NCBI GenBank assembly: GCA_035311385.1
Contig: DATGCY010000129.1
Coordinates: 566 to 64,565, forward strand
DNA: 64,000 nucleotides
Direction: 5' to 3'
From: Candidatus Methylomirabilota bacterium
GTDB lineage: Bacteria > Methylomirabilota > Methylomirabilia > Rokubacteriales > CSP1-6
The translations under genes and the position numbers were made by a program. Below the pieces are notes generated by a model. That model saw only the letters and a program-made list of their open reading frames with translations. It was not told where the DNA came from and ran no database searches. Shown one piece after another: positions 18,411 to 27,911 of the stretch (its first letter is position 1; each line of letters starts with the position of its first letter).

Positions 18411-18683
18411 CTACAGGACGGCGGACTTGAGCGAGCGGCTGGGCTTGAAGCGAGGCACGCGCGTGGCGGGAATCCGAATGACCTTGCCCGTGCGCGGGTT
18501 GCGTCCGTCTCGGGCGATCCGCTTGCTCACCATGAAGGTGCCGAAGCTGCCAATGGTGACCCGTCGCCCCTTCTTGAGCGCGTCGAATACGCTCACGAAG
18601 AAGGCGTCGAGGGCCCGCTCCGCCGACACCTTGCTGCCGCCCGCGGCCTTGGCCATGGCGGCGACGAGATCGGCCTTGGTCAT
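18411..18683 (-). CDS. HU-family nucleoid DNA-binding protein
   Basis: 90 aa, MTKADLV..GRNPRTGK..I.IPA arm region typical of HU/IHF. Confidence 0.9.
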   Translation of the reverse strand: MTKADLVAAMAKAAGGSKVSAERALDAFFVSVFDALKKGRRVTIGSFGTFMVSKRIARDGRNPRTGKVIRIPATRVPRFKPSRSLKSAVL

Positions 18684-18695
18684 GACGCTTCCGAT

Positions 18696-21600
18696 TTACT
18701 CGATGGGCGCGCGCGAAGTCAAGACGCTGACGCGCTCCAGCGCGGCGAAGAGATGGTCCGCGGTGAAGGGTTTCTCGAGCACGGGCGCCTGTACCTCCTC
18801 CACGAACTGCCACGGAGCTGGATTGGCGGTGTCGCCTGTCATGAACACGAAGCGCCGGGCCAGTCCGGGCTGATCGAGGACGGCCGCGAGATAGAAATCC
18901 TCTCCGCTGCCGTCGGGCATGCGGATGTCCGAGAGCACGACGTCGAAGCGCATGCGGCGCACCCGCTCGAGCGCGGACCGTCCGGTGGCCGCGACCTCGA
19001 CCTGCCAGCCCGAATCCCTGAGCAGCGCGGTCACCAGCTCCACCATTCCCGGCTCGTCGTCCACCACCAGAGCGCGCCGGCCGAAGCCGTACACGCCGGG
19101 GGTCACCGGGGACCGTCCACCGTCCGCGGGCTCCGCCGCCACGATCGTGGGCAGCTCGACGGTGAAGACGGTCCGTCCCGGGACACTCTCACCGGTGAGT
19201 CGTCCTCCGTGTTGCTGCACGATGCCGTAGGAGACGGACAGCCCGAGGCCCGTGCCCTCGCCCACCTTCTTCGTGGTGAAGAACGGCTCGAAGATGCGGG
19301 GCATCACCTCGGCGGCAATCCCGGGACCGTTGTCCTCGAACTCGACCACCACCCAGTGGCGGCCGCCCTCGGCGCGCGTGCCGGTGCGAATGCGAATGGT
19401 GTCTCCACGGCCTGCGGAAAGGATGGCGTGCTCCGCGTTCAGAAGGAGATTGAGAAACACCTGCTGGAGTTGGTGCACATCGCCTTCCGCGGGCGGAAGG
19501 TCGGGCGCGTGCTCGGAGATCACGCGGATGCCGGAAAGGCGGAGGCGGGTGGTGCGGAGGGCCACCGTCTGCTCGATGACCGAGGGCAGGTTCACCGGCG
19601 CGCGCTCCGGCTTGCGCTGGCGCGAGAAGAGAAGCAGGCCCTGGACGATCTTGGCCATCCGCTCGCCCTGGGCCACGATCAGGTCGATGGGGCCGCGCAA
19701 CTCGGGCGGCAAGACCTTGCCCTTGAGAAGCTGGCCGTAGCCGATGACCACGGAGAGCGGATTATTGAGCTCGTGGGCCACGCCGGAGACGAGCTGGCCC
19801 ACCGCGGAGAGCTTGCCCGCCTGCACGAGCTGCGCCTGCGTCTCCTGGAGCTGGCGCACGCGCGCGGCGAGCTCGTCGAAGAGGCGGCTGTGCTCGATGG
19901 CGAGCGCGGCCGGCGCGGCGAAGGTGGCGAGCCGGTCGAGATCCTCGGGGACGAAGCGCCGATCCTGACCGCCCACATACGCGACGACTAGGGCCCCGAT
20001 GAGCTCACCGCGGATGAGAAGCGGATAGGAGATGGTCGCTCTGATCGTCTCGATGAACTCCGGCTTCGACGCCCGGTGAACGCGTCCGGACCAGGAGGAA
20101 TAGTCGTTGACGAGGATTCCTTCACGCTTTGCCGCCGCGAGCCCCATCGCGCCCTCACCGAGCGCGACGGCATGTCCCAGTTGCCCCGGCACGAGCCGAT
20201 ACCCCGCGCGGATGACGAGGTCATCGTGGCCCTCGGGCTTGAGAGCCACCACGGCCTGGTCGGCGTCGAAGAGCTCGGCGGCCTTGCGCGCGATCAGGTT
20301 GAGCCGCTCCTCGAGGCTCAGGGGCACCAGCACCTGCTCCACCACCTCGCGAATCGACTCCACGTGGCGCAGGCGCTGGCGCGTCTGCGCGTAGAGGCGC
20401 GTGTGATCGAGGGCGAGCGCGGCCTGGTCGGCGAAGGTCTGGAGAAGGGCCGCCTCCACCTCGGTGAACTGACGGCCCGTGATGTCACCGACGGCGAGCG
20501 TGCCGATGACCTGGTTGCGGAGGCGGAGCGGGACGGAGAGGTAGGCGCCGATCTTGGTCTCTTCCACATGGCGGCGCATCTCCGCGGTGAGCAGGATGTT
20601 CGGATCGGTCAGCACGTCCGCGCTGACCACGGGCCGCCCCTCCGCCACCACGCGTCCGGAGATCCCGTAGCCCGCCGGCACGACGTGGCCCGGGATGCCG
20701 ATGGTCCCCACGGCCTGCGCCTGGGCGAGGACCCGGAGCGAGCCGTCGGGCTGAAGGAGGCGGAAACCCAGGGACAGCGCGCGGAGCACGGGGAGCACGC
20801 TCGCCACGATGCGCTGGGCGATATCGTCCTCATCGAGGCTACCCGTGAGCGTCTGGGCGACGCGCGCGATCTCCTCCGACTCGCGCTGGCGGCGCGTGGC
20901 GTCGCCGTACAGCCGCGCGTTCTGCATGGCGAGGGCGGCCTGGTCCGCGAAGGCCTGGAGGAGATTGGCGTCGTCCTCGGCGAAGTCGTGGACGTTGCCC
21001 GAGGCCACGGCGAGGACGCCGATGAGCTCACCCTTGGCGCGCAGGGGCGCGGCGAGGAGGGAGCGCATCCCCGACTCCACGAGGCGCGTGCGCAGATCGT
21101 CGGTCAGGGTCAGCTTCTGGTCGTCGAGGACGTCGCGCGTGTACACCGCCTGTCCCTCGGTGACGGCGCGGGCGACGAGCCCGTCTCCCGGCTCCAGCAT
21201 GTGGCCGGGCTGGAAAAAGCCAAGGGCCGAGCCCGCCCACGCGATGGCCTCGAGCCGGCCGTCGGGGCGCATGAGCCGGAGGCCGGCCGCGTCCACGCCG
21301 AAGATGGGCAGGACGCTCTTGACCACGCGATCCGCGACCTCGTGGATGTCGAGGCTCTCCGTGAGCATGCGCGCCACCTGGGCAAGCTCCTCGGCTTCGC
21401 GACGGCGGCGCGTCGCCTCCGCGAAGAGGCGCGCGTTGCGCACGGCCACCGCGGCCTGGGAAGCGAACGAGGTGAGGAGCTCGCGATCGTCGGCCGCGGG
21501 CAGGTCCTTCTTACGCAGGCTCAGGGTGAGCACGCCGAGCAGATCATCACCGGCGACGACGGGCACGCCCGCGAAGGAGATGAGGCCGTGGGCCACCGCC

Positions 21601-22976
21601 CATTCGCGACCCCGGAGCCGATCGTCGGGGGTCACGTCTTCAATGAAGAGCGGCCGCCGGCTCCGTGCGACCAAGCCGACTCCACCGGCATCGATGCCGA
21701 CGGACATTGGCATCTGGTCGAGGGCGACGGCGGGGTTCGAGGTCCACGCCCGGCGCACGAGGAGCCCGCGCGCCTCGTCCACTTCCCAGAACACCACCGT
21801 GGCCGCACCCGTGAGCTGGGCGAGGGCCTGAGTGATCTGCCCGAGGAGTGGCTTGAGCTCGAGCTGCTGGGACAGCGCGACGTTGACATCGGCGAGGGCG
21901 CGGAGTCGGCGCTGGCGCTCGTCGAGGACGGCATGGGTCTGCCGGCGCTCACCGACCGCGCGATTGAACTGATCGGCCAGCTCCGCCAGCTCGTCCTTGG
22001 TGGACACCACGATTGGCGAGCCCTGATCGGTCTCGAGATCCCTCGCCCCCTGCATGAGGGCGCTGACCGAGCGGAGCATGCGGTTGCCGATCAGCCACGC
22101 CACGAGGAGGGCGAGCACGGTCGCCGCGCCCAGCGCGAGGAGATCGCGGGTGAGCCGGTTTGCCGCGGGAGCGGAGGCGGCGCCGCTCGGCATGGCGGCG
22201 ACCACGACCCACGGCGCGCGCGTCATGCTCGCCGCGCCGGCTAGATGCGCCACCCCGTCCTCGGCCGCCCACTCCGCGCTGCCCTCGCCGCGGCGGAGGA
22301 GGGCATCGGCCTCCGGCCTGCCGCTCAGGGAACGGGTGAAGAACTCGTGCGGGCTCACGGAGCGCGCGAGGACGTCGCCGTTCGTGGAGACCACGGCCAC
22401 CGTCTGCTCGCGACCCAAGGGGAGGGTGTTGAGATAGCGCGAGAGCGTCTCCAAGTCCACCTCGGCGCCGATCGCGCCCACGAGCTTGCCCTGAGGGTCC
22501 TGGACAGGCACCACCATGGCGACGACCTGACGGCTGTCGCTCCCGCTCGTGTGCGGCATGGTGACCACGGGCTCGCCTCGGCCCAGCACGGTGGCGATGG
22601 CCTCCGGAGTGAGGAACTTCGGGTCGCCGTCGCGGTACCCGCTGGTGGCGACCACGCGACCGTCGGGGCTGACGGCGACGAAGCGGCGCATGAAGGGATG
22701 CCGCTCGCGCACGCGCCCCGCGAGCGTCTCCAGATCGGCGTCCTGCACGCTGTCGAGACTGCGGAGGCTCGCGAGGGCGAGGAGACTCTCGATCTGGCCG
22801 GTGAGGATCTCGTCGAGCCGTCCTGCGATGAGGTTGGCGGTGTCGAGCTGGCTCTGGTTGCCGACACGGCGGCCCTCGGACATGTCGCCCCAGAACCTGA
22901 CGGCGGCGGCCGCGAGCAGCGGCAGCAACACGGCCAATACGAGGAGAGCGAGTTTGGTTCGAATGCTGAGTCGCAT
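18696..22976 (-). CDS. hybrid sensor histidine kinase: periplasmic Cache-like sensor – HAMP – about four tandem GAF domains – HisKA – HATPase_c – receiver
   Basis: 1426 aa. TM at about 8-25 and about 285-305. Repeated GAF-like blocks each ending ..AAVAIRNARLF/ALAMQNARLY/ALALDHTRLY/ALAIEHSRLF. H-box VAHELNNPL. N/G-box NLLLNAEHA..DNGPGI..GTGLGL. C-terminal REC (VVDDEP..DVVLSDIRMPDGSG..K). Confidence 0.85.
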   Translation of the reverse strand: MRLSIRTKLALLVLAVLLPLLAAAAVRFWGDMSEGRRVGNQSQLDTANLIAGRLDEILTGQIESLLALASLRSLDSVQDADLETLAGRVRERHPFMRRFVAVSPDGRVVATSGYRDGDPKFLTPEAIATVLGRGEPVVTMPHTSGSDSRQVVAMVVPVQDPQGKLVGAIGAEVDLETLSRYLNTLPLGREQTVAVVSTNGDVLARSVSPHEFFTRSLSGRPEADALLRRGEGSAEWAAEDGVAHLAGAASMTRAPWVVVAAMPSGAASAPAANRLTRDLLALGAATVLALLVAWLIGNRMLRSVSALMQGARDLETDQGSPIVVSTKDELAELADQFNRAVGERRQTHAVLDERQRRLRALADVNVALSQQLELKPLLGQITQALAQLTGAATVVFWEVDEARGLLVRRAWTSNPAVALDQMPMSVGIDAGGVGLVARSRRPLFIEDVTPDDRLRGREWAVAHGLISFAGVPVVAGDDLLGVLTLSLRKKDLPAADDRELLTSFASQAAVAVRNARLFAEATRRRREAEELAQVARMLTESLDIHEVADRVVKSVLPIFGVDAAGLRLMRPDGRLEAIAWAGSALGFFQPGHMLEPGDGLVARAVTEGQAVYTRDVLDDQKLTLTDDLRTRLVESGMRSLLAAPLRAKGELIGVLAVASGNVHDFAEDDANLLQAFADQAALAMQNARLYGDATRRQRESEEIARVAQTLTGSLDEDDIAQRIVASVLPVLRALSLGFRLLQPDGSLRVLAQAQAVGTIGIPGHVVPAGYGISGRVVAEGRPVVSADVLTDPNILLTAEMRRHVEETKIGAYLSVPLRLRNQVIGTLAVGDITGRQFTEVEAALLQTFADQAALALDHTRLYAQTRQRLRHVESIREVVEQVLVPLSLEERLNLIARKAAELFDADQAVVALKPEGHDDLVIRAGYRLVPGQLGHAVALGEGAMGLAAAKREGILVNDYSSWSGRVHRASKPEFIETIRATISYPLLIRGELIGALVVAYVGGQDRRFVPEDLDRLATFAAPAALAIEHSRLFDELAARVRQLQETQAQLVQAGKLSAVGQLVSGVAHELNNPLSVVIGYGQLLKGKVLPPELRGPIDLIVAQGERMAKIVQGLLLFSRQRKPERAPVNLPSVIEQTVALRTTRLRLSGIRVISEHAPDLPPAEGDVHQLQQVFLNLLLNAEHAILSAGRGDTIRIRTGTRAEGGRHWVVVEFEDNGPGIAAEVMPRIFEPFFTTKKVGEGTGLGLSVSYGIVQQHGGRLTGESVPGRTVFTVELPTIVAAEPADGGRSPVTPGVYGFGRRALVVDDEPGMVELVTALLRDSGWQVEVAATGRSALERVRRMRFDVVLSDIRMPDGSGEDFYLAAVLDQPGLARRFVFMTGDTANPAPWQFVEEVQAPVLEKPFTADHLFAALERVSVLTSRAPIE

Positions 22977-23010
22977 GCGCTCGAGTACCGAAGCTCTCGA
23001 TTAGTATAGC

Positions 23011-23018
23011 TGTATAAT
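23011..23018 (+). promoter_or_regulatory. extended -10 promoter (TGtTATAAT) for a leaderless transcript starting at ATG 23025
   Basis: TGTATAAT at 23011-23018 with exactly 6 nt (cccttc) before the ATG of the first operon gene and no SD. Geometry typical of leaderless mRNAs. Confidence 0.35.
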
Positions 23019-23024
23019 CCCTTC

Positions 23025-23534
23025 ATGCCGCGAGGCTTCTCGCTCGACCTTTCCGCCTTTGTTCTGATTGCTTTGGCCGTCATCACCGCCGCCGCCGCCT
23101 ACTGGAAGGATCCCTCGCTCCCGATCTTGGGCGCCAAGAACGGACTCAGCATGCTCTGGTTCGTCCTGCCCAGACTCGCGCCCGCGCTGATCCTGGCCGG
23201 TATGCTCCAAGTGCTCATTCCGCAGGAGACGGTGGCGCGCTACTTCGGCAATCAGTCGGGCTTCGGCGCCATCGCCATGGCCGCGATGGCGGGCATCCTG
23301 ACGCCGGGCGGGCCCATGGTGAGCGTCCCGCTCCTCGTCGTGCTCGCCAACTCCGGCATGGCCCTAGGACCTCTCGTCGCCTACATGACCTCGTGGTCGC
23401 TCTTCGGCGTGCAGCGCATCATCGCGTGGGAGGCGCCCCTCATGGGCTGGCGATTCGTCGTCGTGCGGATCGTTCCCAGCCTGGCCTTTCCTTTCATCGC
23501 GGGCTGGCTCGTGAAAGTCTGGTATCACGAGTAG
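23025..23534 (+). CDS. small integral membrane protein (predicted permease-like, about 5 TM)
   Basis: 169 aa, hydrophobic helices. Stop is 1 nt before the UbiD-family GTG start. Confidence 0.55.
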   Translation: MPRGFSLDLSAFVLIALAVITAAAAYWKDPSLPILGAKNGLSMLWFVLPRLAPALILAGMLQVLIPQETVARYFGNQSGFGAIAMAAMAGILTPGGPMVSVPLLVVLANSGMALGPLVAYMTSWSLFGVQRIIAWEAPLMGWRFVVVRIVPSLAFPFIAGWLVKVWYHE

Positions 23535-23535
23535 G

Positions 23536-24990
23536 GTGGTGGCTTTCGACGATCTCCGCGCCTTCGTCGCGCACCTCGACAAGCACGGGCAGCTCACGCG
23601 CGTGCCGGCCCGCGTCTCTCGCGACCTCGAAATCGCGGAGATCACCGACCGGGTTTCCAAGGGCCCCCCCGAGGGGAACCGTGCCCTCCTCTTCGAGCAC
23701 GTGGAGGGCTTCGACACGCCCGTCCTCATCAATGCCTTCGGCTCTTCCGCTCGCATGGCCGCCGCCCTCGGCGTGGAACGGCTCGACGATCTGGGCGCTC
23801 GAGTGGCCAAGCTCCTCGACCTGCGCATGCCCGGCTCCTTCCTCGACAAGCTGCGCAAGCTCGGCGACCTCTTCGACGTGGCCAAGGCCGGCCCGCGACG
23901 CGCACGCTCCGCTCCCTGCCAGGAGGTAGTGGAGACGGAGCATCCGAGCCTCGCCACCCTGCCCGTGCTCCAGTGCTGGCCAGGCGACGCGGGCCGCTTC
24001 ATCACCCTGCCCATGGTCTTCACCCGCGATCTCGCGACGGGCGCGCGCAACGTGGGCATGTACCGGCTGCAGGTCTTCGACGACCGTACGCTGGGCATGC
24101 ACTGGCAGATCCACAAGGGATCGGCCGAGCACGAGCGCGTGGCTCAGGAACGTGGGCGGCCCATGGAAGTGGCCATCGCGTTGGGTGGCGACCCTGCGTG
24201 CATCTATGCCGCCTCCGCGCCGTTGCCTCCGGGCATCGACGAGATGGTGTTCGCGGGCTGGCTGCGCGGGACGGGCGTGCCCATGGTCACGGCGAAAACC
24301 GTCGACGTCGAGGTGCCCGCCGACGCCGAGATCGTGCTCGAGGGCACGGTAGACCCGGCGGAACGCCAGATCGAGGGGCCGTTCGGCGATCACACCGGCT
24401 ACTACTCGCTCGCGCGCGAGTATCCCGTGTTCCATCTCACGGCCATCACGCGGCGCCGGCAGCCGATCTATCCGACGACTATCGTGGGCCGGCCGCCCCA
24501 GGAAGACTACTGGCTGGGCAAGGCGACCGAGCGCATTTTCCTCCCCATCATCCGGCTCATGCTCCCCGAGGTCGTGGACATGAACATGCCCGCAGAGGGC
24601 GTCTTCCACAACCTCGTCATCGTCTCCATCCGCAAGCGCTACCCCGGGCAGGCGCGCAAGGTCATGTACGCCCTGTGGGGGCTCGGGCTCATGATGCTGG
24701 CCAAGAACATCCTCGTGGTCTCCGAGCACGTCGACGTGCAGAACCTTTCGGAGGTCGCGTGGCGGGCCACCGGCAACGTCGATCCCAAGCGCGATCTCGT
24801 CCTCGTGGAAGGGCCCACCGACGATCTCGACCACGCGGCCCTTCGTCATCGCTTCGGGGGCAAGCTGGGCATCGACGCTACCGAGAAGACCGCCGATGAC
24901 GGCATCGGCCAGCCGTGGCCGCAGGAGATCGTGATGAGCGAGGAGATCCGCGCCCTCGTCACCCGGCGCTGGCGCGAGTACGGCTTGTAG
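23536..24990 (+). CDS. UbiD-family (prenylated-FMN-dependent) decarboxylase
   Basis: 484 aa with full-length UbiD architecture (MVAFDDLRAFVAHLDKHGQLTRV.., conserved E..G..R..E region). Confidence 0.85.
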   Translation: MVAFDDLRAFVAHLDKHGQLTRVPARVSRDLEIAEITDRVSKGPPEGNRALLFEHVEGFDTPVLINAFGSSARMAAALGVERLDDLGARVAKLLDLRMPGSFLDKLRKLGDLFDVAKAGPRRARSAPCQEVVETEHPSLATLPVLQCWPGDAGRFITLPMVFTRDLATGARNVGMYRLQVFDDRTLGMHWQIHKGSAEHERVAQERGRPMEVAIALGGDPACIYAASAPLPPGIDEMVFAGWLRGTGVPMVTAKTVDVEVPADAEIVLEGTVDPAERQIEGPFGDHTGYYSLAREYPVFHLTAITRRRQPIYPTTIVGRPPQEDYWLGKATERIFLPIIRLMLPEVVDMNMPAEGVFHNLVIVSIRKRYPGQARKVMYALWGLGLMMLAKNILVVSEHVDVQNLSEVAWRATGNVDPKRDLVLVEGPTDDLDHAALRHRFGGKLGIDATEKTADDGIGQPWPQEIVMSEEIRALVTRRWREYGL

Positions 24991-25841
24991 TGTCGCGCAC
25001 GCTCCGACACTTCCTCGACGCCATCAAGTTCGAGCACACCGTCTTCGCCCTGCCCTTTGCCTACGTGGCCATGGTGCTGGCCGCCCGCGGCTGGCCGGGC
25101 ACGCGGGTGGTCGTCTGGGTCACCGTGGCCATGGCCGCCGCGCGCACCCTGGCCATGAGCGTCAACCGCCTGGCCGACCGTCTGATCGACGCGGCGAACC
25201 CGCGCACGGCGGGACGGCACTTGCCCACGGGGCTGCTGCGCCCCTGGCACATGCTCCTCGCCGCCCTCCTCTCGGCCGTCCTCCTCGCCGTGGCCGCCTG
25301 GATGCTGAATCCGCTCTGCTTCCGACTCGCGCCCTGGGCGGCGCTGTTCCTCATCGGCTACTCGTACACCAAACGCTTCACCTGGACCTCGCACTGGATC
25401 CTTGGCTTCACCGACGGCATCGCTGCTGCGGGAGGCTGGATCGCCGTGCGCGGCGCCTTCGAGCCGCCAGCCTTCGTGCTCTGGTTCGCCCTTACCGTAT
25501 GGATCGCGGGCTTCGACCTGATCTACGCGTGTCAGGACGTCGACTTCGACCGCCGCGCGCGCCTCTACTCCTTTCCCGCCCGCTTCGGTATCGCCGCCGC
25601 CCTGTGGTGTGCGCGGATCTGCCATCTCCTCACCGTGGCCGCTTTCGTCGCCCTCGGCCTCATGACTGGCCTCGGGTGGCTCTACTGGCTCGGGGTGGCG
25701 GCGGTGGCCACGCTGTTCGTGTACGAGCACTCGCTCGTCTCGCCCGATGATCTGTCCCGGCTCGACGTCGCCTTCTTCAACGTGAATGGCTACATCTCGG
25801 TCATCCTCTTCGTAGCGGTCCTGGCGGGGCGCGTGCGATGA
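24990..25841 (+). CDS. UbiA-family aromatic prenyltransferase (4-hydroxybenzoate / naphthoate polyprenyltransferase-like)
   Basis: GTG 24990 overlaps the UbiD TAG (TAGTG). FLDAIKFEHTVFALPFAY N-terminus, Asp-rich motifs (NRLADRLIDA; DLIYACQDVDFD), about 8 TM. Confidence 0.85.
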   Translation: MSRTLRHFLDAIKFEHTVFALPFAYVAMVLAARGWPGTRVVVWVTVAMAAARTLAMSVNRLADRLIDAANPRTAGRHLPTGLLRPWHMLLAALLSAVLLAVAAWMLNPLCFRLAPWAALFLIGYSYTKRFTWTSHWILGFTDGIAAAGGWIAVRGAFEPPAFVLWFALTVWIAGFDLIYACQDVDFDRRARLYSFPARFGIAAALWCARICHLLTVAAFVALGLMTGLGWLYWLGVAAVATLFVYEHSLVSPDDLSRLDVAFFNVNGYISVILFVAVLAGRVR

Positions 25842-26557
25842 GCGTGGAGCTCGGAGAGGGACCGGGCAAGGCCCGCTACGTGAACGAGATGTTCTCGCGC
25901 ATCGCCGGGCGCTACGACCTCATGAACGGGCTCATGACGTTCGGGATGCACCACGCGTGGCGACGAGCGGCGGCCCGCGAGACCATTCCCTCGCCGGACG
26001 GCCCCGGTCTCGACCTCGCCACGGGCACCGGCGACCTCGCGCTCGAACTGAGCGAGATCCACCGGCACCGCACGGTGGTGGGCGCAGACTTCGCCCACGG
26101 CATGCTCACCATCGCGCGACTCAAGTGCCGCACGGAGGAGACGGCGGCTCGCGTCCGCCTCGTGGAAGCGGATGCCCTCGCCCTGCCCTTCGAGCCGCGC
26201 ACTTTCGCCTTCGTCACCTCGGCCTTCCTCCTCCGGAACCTCGGCGATCTCCGCCAGGGTCTCGGTGAGATGCGCCGCGTCTCGCGCCCGGGCGGTCGCG
26301 TGGTCGCCCTCGAGATCACGCAGACGAATCTCCCAGGCTGGGCCCCCCTCTTCCGCGCCTATTTCCATCACATCGTCCCGTGGGTCGGCGCCATCGTGGG
26401 TGGGGACCGCGAGGCGTACACCTACCTGCCACAGTCGGTGGACCGATTCGTCACGCCGCCCGCTTTGGCCGCCCTCATGGAGGAGGTGGGGCTTCGCGGT
26501 GTGAAGTATCGGCGGGTCGGCTTCGGTACCGTCACCATCCACACCGGCATCGCCTAG
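25838..26557 (+). CDS. class I SAM-dependent methyltransferase, UbiE/MenG (demethylmenaquinone/ubiquinone C-methyltransferase) family
   Basis: 239 aa. VNEMFSRIAGRYDLMN..LDLATGTGDLA motif I. ATGA overlap with the UbiA stop. Confidence 0.85.
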   Translation: MSVELGEGPGKARYVNEMFSRIAGRYDLMNGLMTFGMHHAWRRAAARETIPSPDGPGLDLATGTGDLALELSEIHRHRTVVGADFAHGMLTIARLKCRTEETAARVRLVEADALALPFEPRTFAFVTSAFLLRNLGDLRQGLGEMRRVSRPGGRVVALEITQTNLPGWAPLFRAYFHHIVPWVGAIVGGDREAYTYLPQSVDRFVTPPALAALMEEVGLRGVKYRRVGFGTVTIHTGIA

Positions 26558-27442
26558 GTGGTCGGGCCCCGCGTGGCCGAGGGAGAGAGCCGGATCGTCT
26601 GGACCCTCAACCTCGAGCGCCGCTATCCATACGGTGACATCTCCCCGGATCCCGAGCGGCTCGAGCCCGTGGGCTTTCCTCCACCGTGGCCGGACCGGCC
26701 ATGGACCTACGCCAACTTCATCGCCTCCCGGAACGGCGTCGTCGCGTGGAAGCGCCGCGGGCCGCACGACGATCCGGTCCGCGCGGTAGCGGGCGGCGAT
26801 CCGAAGCGACCGGGGCGGCGCGCGGATGTGCAACTCATGCGCTATCTCCGGGCCCATGCGGAGGCCGTCGCGGTGGGAGCACAGACACTGCGCGATCAGC
26901 CGGAACTGGTGGGCACTCTGAGCCAGGCGGGGTCAGACCTGGGGGCGCGCCTGGAGCGCTTCCGGCTGGAGCACGGGCTGCCTCGCGTGCCGCGCCAGGT
27001 CATCTACACGCGCAGCGGGGCGCTCGACATCGACGCCCGTATGTTCAACATCCCGGGAGTCGAGGTGGTCGTGGTGACGACGGGTCACGGCGCCCGCCAT
27101 CTCCGGGGGCTTGGCTGCGAGGCCAAGGGGGTGAGGCTACTCGTGGCGGGAGAAGACACCCTGGGCGCGCGAGAGCTCCGCCATGCGCACGAGCTGCTCT
27201 TCCGCGACCTCGGCGTACGCTACCTCGACTGCGAGGGGGGAGAGACCATTCTCGAGGCGCTGCGGGCCGCGGACCTCGTGGACGAGATCTTCGTCACCAC
27301 CAGCGACGTGGTGATCGATCCCTCGCAGCACGAGGAGGTGAAGCGGCTCGATCCGACCCCGGGCGCCCGCCTGATCGGGGAGGGTCGGGTCGCCGCTGAT
27401 CCCGGCTACGTATTCCGGCGCTGGCGCCTCCACGAGCGCTGA
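26558..27442 (+). CDS. RibD C-terminal-domain / dihydrofolate-reductase-like reductase family protein
   Basis: 294 aa. Starts the base after the MenG stop. YANFIASRNGVVAW and a Gly-rich NADPH region resemble the RibD_C fold. Assignment moderate. Confidence 0.6.
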   Translation: MVGPRVAEGESRIVWTLNLERRYPYGDISPDPERLEPVGFPPPWPDRPWTYANFIASRNGVVAWKRRGPHDDPVRAVAGGDPKRPGRRADVQLMRYLRAHAEAVAVGAQTLRDQPELVGTLSQAGSDLGARLERFRLEHGLPRVPRQVIYTRSGALDIDARMFNIPGVEVVVVTTGHGARHLRGLGCEAKGVRLLVAGEDTLGARELRHAHELLFRDLGVRYLDCEGGETILEALRAADLVDEIFVTTSDVVIDPSQHEEVKRLDPTPGARLIGEGRVAADPGYVFRRWRLHER

Positions 27443-27562
27443 TCCGTCGCCTCGCTTTTCATCCAGTTCTCATCCTCCTCTCATCCGGGAGCGAAACGGG
27501 GTGGTAGCCCGAGCCGTCTTATTCGTGGAAGACCCGAGAACTGCAAAGGAGGTGCAGAAACC

Positions 27563-27745
27563 ATGATCAAGATGATCAGCATCGTGCTCGCCGCCCTCTT
27601 CCTGGGCGGCTGTGCGGTCTACGCGGATCCATACGCGTACGCTCCGCCCCCGCCCGTGGCGGGGGTCTACGTGGCGCCGCCCCCGGTGGTCGTGGCCCCC
27701 TACCCGCATCACTGGGGTTGGCACGACGGCTGGCGGCACGCTTAG
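27563..27745 (+). CDS. small Pro-rich lipoprotein (60 aa)
   Basis: Perfect AAGGAGG SD 8 nt upstream. MIKMISIVLAALFLGGC lipobox. Mature part has two YxxPPPPV repeats and a His/Trp-rich tail (PHHWGWHDGWRH). Confidence 0.55.
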   Translation: MIKMISIVLAALFLGGCAVYADPYAYAPPPPVAGVYVAPPPVVVAPYPHHWGWHDGWRHA

Positions 27746-27911
27746 GCCGCTCGACCTTATCGCCTCCGATCGAGTCCCGGCGCGCTGGCCGCGCGCCGAG
27801 GCTCGTCGGTCACCGGCCGTCGTCAGCCATGCTAGGATTTTGCTCGGCCATGCCGTCCGCCATGATCTCCATCTCCGACGTGACGCATCCATCACCGCGG
27901 AGCTTCGCCGA

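Noticed and set aside
20076-22244. 722-aa plus-strand ORF antisense to the hybrid histidine kinase
   Set aside because: Antisense artefact of a gene with clear kinase, GAF and REC signatures.
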